Position numbers and translations under genes: made by a program. Positions 61,066 through 64,000 of a stretch of DNA of 64,000 nt are shown here, piece by piece (position 1 is the stretch's first letter; every line of letters begins with the position of its first letter). Source of the DNA: Candidatus Poribacteria bacterium (GTDB lineage: Bacteria; Poribacteria; WGA-4E; JAJDTR01). The DNA lies in assembly GCA_965222225.1 (NCBI GenBank), contig CBDCTK010000002.1:2400001-2464000 (forward strand), given 5' to 3'. The notes under the pieces are model-generated. The model was not told the DNA's origin. It saw only the letters and a program-made list of their open reading frames with translations, and did not search any database.

Positions 61066-61256
61066 TACTATTCTCCATTTTGTGTAGGTGATGTTCAGCT
61101 GCCGAGTAGAAGGCGTTGCGGTTGCTCGTCCCGCTTCCTCTTGTTGGACTCCAACCCTCAACGCGAGCCTAGTATAACAGATTGCGAGGGGCGTAACAAG
61201 AGAATCCGCTAGTTGTAGGGTGGGCATCGCCCACCAAAGCCCTTGAAGGGAGCAGT

Positions 61257-61487
61257 GTAGGTTGGGTTGAACGGTTAAACACGACCGCTTACCAAAGTAG
61301 ATCATCGTTCTGTTTTTCAACGATGCTATTGGAAGAAAGATAGAGTGAAACCCAACACCTCAATCCAATCATGCGTTGATTGTCAGGTTGGATTTCACTA
61401 GATTCGGGAGGTACCAATCGGATTTGACCGACGAAAGTTACGTGGATGGCTCGGTAGTTTTCGTCGGTGCCGTTCAACCCAACCTAC
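61257..61487. repeat. REPIN-like long inverted element A-B-B'-A'
   Basis: GTAGGTTGGGTTGAACGG...AGTGAAACCCAAC...GTTGGATTTCACT...CCGTTCAACCCAACCTAC; half copies at about 17334-17434, 21577-21670, 56100-56190 and 58843-58944. Confidence 0.8.
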
Positions 61488-61613
61488 GTGCCAACCACGC
61501 TTTATTTGTACCTACGGATATGTTATCATTCAAGCACACTAAGGACATGTGACAATCCCGGCTATTGAATTTCGGTATTTCAATCCGAGGGCGAACGAAC
61601 AAAAGGGAGAATT

Positions 61614-63638
61614 GTGATGACCGCAACACCCCGCAAGATAGACGCTCAAGATTTGCTTACTATGCGTTTTGTTTCCCAGCCGCAACTATCGCCCGATGGC
61701 ACACAGGTGGCATTTGTCTCGCGGTGGATAGATGCGGAAAAGAACAAATACTTCTCCAATCTCTGGCTTGTGTCCACAACCGGCGGGCAACCTCGTCGTT
61801 TCACCGTAGGCGATTACGGCGACACCTCGCCCCGTTGGTCGCCTGATGGACGGCGCATCGCCTTTGTCTCCGATCGAAGTGATTCATCCCAGATTTGGCT
61901 TATCCCCATTGATGGCGGAGAAGCACAACAGTTGACAGATTTGCAGGAGGGCAGCCTTGGTTCGCTGGCTTGGTCGCCCGACGGGACGAAGATTGCCTTT
62001 ACCTTCCGCCCGAAACCCTTCGCAGATAGGAAAGCGGAGCGCGAGGCGCGTGAAAAGGAACACAGATCGTATCCGCCCCGCATCATCCGCCGAGCAGGTT
62101 ACCGAGAGGACGGCACGGGCTACAACGGTGGCGAACGTTGGCACTTGCAGACCGTGAGTGTGGAAGCGGGAGTCGTGAATCAACTCACCTCGGAGGATTA
62201 CGACGACTATTCTCCCGCATGGTCGCCCGACGGAAAAACGATTGCTTTCGTCTCAAACCGCTCCGAGGATGCGGACCTGACACCGGGATACCAAGATTTG
62301 TGGCTGATTCCGTCGGGTGGCGGGACGGTGCGACGCTTAACGAAGCAGTCCGGGCACATGCAAAGCCCTGTCTGGTCGCCCGATGGCGCGGAAATTGCTT
62401 ACATTGGGCATGACCATCCGGATGAAATCTGGGGCGTGACCGACCCGCACCTATGGGTTGTATCAATTGAAAGCGGGGAGGCGCAAGACCTGACCCTCAG
62501 CTTAGACCGACCCGTCGGGCATTATACGCTTAGCGATACGTCCGAATCCGAAGGCGCCGCACAATCCCTGATCTGGAGCGCGGACGGCGCCCGCCTGTTT
62601 TTCCTCGTTAGCGATCGGGGAAGTTGCCATCTCTACACCGTAGACCGCAGTGGCGGCGAGCCTCGACAGTTGACCCAAGGCGCAATTGATGTGTGTGCCT
62701 TCTCCGCCGACCGTGGGACGACGCAACTCGCACTACACATCGGGAGTTCCACCGAACCCGGCGATGTCTATCTGCTCCCGACCGTGGGCGGTGATAGAAG
62801 CGCCCCAATACGGTTGTCTCACGTGAATCGTGAGTGGAAAGCGGAATTGTCTCTCTCCGATTCTGAGGAGATTTGGTTTGACACGTGTGATGGGGGGAAG
62901 ATTCAGGGCTGGATTGTCAAACCTCCCGATTTCGAGCCGGATCAGAAATATCCCGTGATTCTCGAGATTCACGGAGGTCCACACACGCAGTACGGCAACG
63001 CTTTCTATCATGAAATTCAGTTCCTTGCGGCGCGAGGCTATGTCGTGCTGTATACTAACCCACGCGGTAGCCGAGGGTACGGACAGGCATTTACCGCCGC
63101 AATTCGAGGGGATTGGGGCGGTCCGGACTTCGGCGATCTCATGGCGGGGGTTGATTATGTCATCGCCCAAGGGTACGTCGATTCGGAACGGTTGGGCGTA
63201 ACAGGGGGCAGCTACGGCGGATTCATGACAAATTGGGTTGTCAGCCATACCGACCGGTTCAAAGCCGCCGTGACACAACGCAGCCTCACAAACATGATGA
63301 GCATTGCGGGAACGTGCGATGTTCAACTGATGGGTGACCGGACTTACTTCCCGTCAGAAGTGTGGGAAGATCCCACACTCTATTGGAAACTCTCACCCCT
63401 AGGCTACGTTCAAAATATTAGTACCCCACTGTTAATTCTCCACAGTGAGGGCGATTTACGCTGCCCGATAGAGCAGGGCGAACAGTTGTTTATCGCCCTG
63501 AAACGGCTCAAGCGCGAGGTTGAGTTCGTCAGGTACCCGCCGGAGGCGAGTCACGACCTTTCCCGCAGCGGTCCCCCGGACTTGCGTTTAGACCGACTGG
63601 CACGCATTGTCGAATGGATGGACAAACACTTGCAGTGA
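61614..63638 (+). CDS. S9 family peptidase (acylaminoacyl-peptidase-like)
   Basis: WSPDG repeats, IHGGPH, NPRGSRGYG, GGSYGG, HSEGDLRCP, ASHDLSR. Confidence 0.95.
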   Translation: MMTATPRKIDAQDLLTMRFVSQPQLSPDGTQVAFVSRWIDAEKNKYFSNLWLVSTTGGQPRRFTVGDYGDTSPRWSPDGRRIAFVSDRSDSSQIWLIPIDGGEAQQLTDLQEGSLGSLAWSPDGTKIAFTFRPKPFADRKAEREAREKEHRSYPPRIIRRAGYREDGTGYNGGERWHLQTVSVEAGVVNQLTSEDYDDYSPAWSPDGKTIAFVSNRSEDADLTPGYQDLWLIPSGGGTVRRLTKQSGHMQSPVWSPDGAEIAYIGHDHPDEIWGVTDPHLWVVSIESGEAQDLTLSLDRPVGHYTLSDTSESEGAAQSLIWSADGARLFFLVSDRGSCHLYTVDRSGGEPRQLTQGAIDVCAFSADRGTTQLALHIGSSTEPGDVYLLPTVGGDRSAPIRLSHVNREWKAELSLSDSEEIWFDTCDGGKIQGWIVKPPDFEPDQKYPVILEIHGGPHTQYGNAFYHEIQFLAARGYVVLYTNPRGSRGYGQAFTAAIRGDWGGPDFGDLMAGVDYVIAQGYVDSERLGVTGGSYGGFMTNWVVSHTDRFKAAVTQRSLTNMMSIAGTCDVQLMGDRTYFPSEVWEDPTLYWKLSPLGYVQNISTPLLILHSEGDLRCPIEQGEQLFIALKRLKREVEFVRYPPEASHDLSRSGPPDLRLDRLARIVEWMDKHLQ

Positions 63639-63710
63639 AGTTCAATGATAACGCGCAGAATAATAAAGAAGGTTAGAAAAATTCAGGTCACGCCAACTGG
63701 AACACGCGTG

Positions 63711-64000
63711 ATGTGTGTTACCGGAAAGGCGCTACTGCGGCATCAGTACGCTCAGTGGGCTAAGACCAACGTCAAGACGAAGTTGGATGACAAACGACCT
63801 TGGCGCCAGCGGCGCTCGCGCGTTTCATTCGTTATATCGCTGCTTTTGCACATCATAGCTCTGGCTGCCATGAACCTTCGTCTGCCGGAGTGGTACCGTC
63901 CGCCGCCGATTCCGGAGCCGATCGTGATGACGCCGATTGAGCTTGTGGATGTGCCACGTTTCCACATCTCAAGCGCAAGGAAAAGGATCAGTGCGACGAC
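63711..64000 (+). CDS. TonB/TolA-like membrane-anchored protein, partial
   Basis: Open frame to the window end with SFVISLLLHIIALAA (S-x3-H TM) followed by a Pro-rich stretch; start codon uncertain. Confidence 0.5.
   Translation, partial: MCVTGKALLRHQYAQWAKTNVKTKLDDKRPWRQRRSRVSFVISLLLHIIALAAMNLRLPEWYRPPPIPEPIVMTPIELVDVPRFHISSARKRISAT

Noticed and set aside
1-64000. tRNA, rRNA, integron attC array or prophage
   Set aside because: No cloverleaf, rRNA-like tract, integrase or phage structural gene was recognised.

Overview
Bacterial window, about 55% GC by eye with an AT-richer island at about 7.2-11.2 kb. Gene content and the recurring C-terminal 'VxPxxKxxTTWxxLK' tail suggest Candidatus Poribacteria or a relative (inference). 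It holds membrane-anchored ECF sigma/ectodomain paralogues, an IS1595-family element, a sulfatase, glycoside-hydrolase-like genes, a restriction-like defence cluster (SNF2-DUF3883 helicase, unknown gene, DUF1156 methylase, DUF499 ATPase, SBD-like fragment), a xanthine-dehydrogenase-family molybdoenzyme operon, cysC and two S9 peptidase-fold genes. About 11 mostly accessory genes carry stops, frameshifts or truncations. Intergenic DNA is dense with GTAG-type REP palindromes and MITEs. Three observations stand out. (1) A 35-38 nt micro-element (GATCAA...GCGATAG..ATCCC) inserts into REPs and into itself without target duplication. (2) An ECF sigma-TM-lectin fusion has an internal Shine-Dalgarno/ATG that a sigma-less paralogue appears to use as its start. 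(3) A shared C-terminal tail sits on four signal-peptide proteins of three unrelated folds. No rRNA, tRNA or CRISPR array was seen. All product calls come from motif recognition, not database searches.
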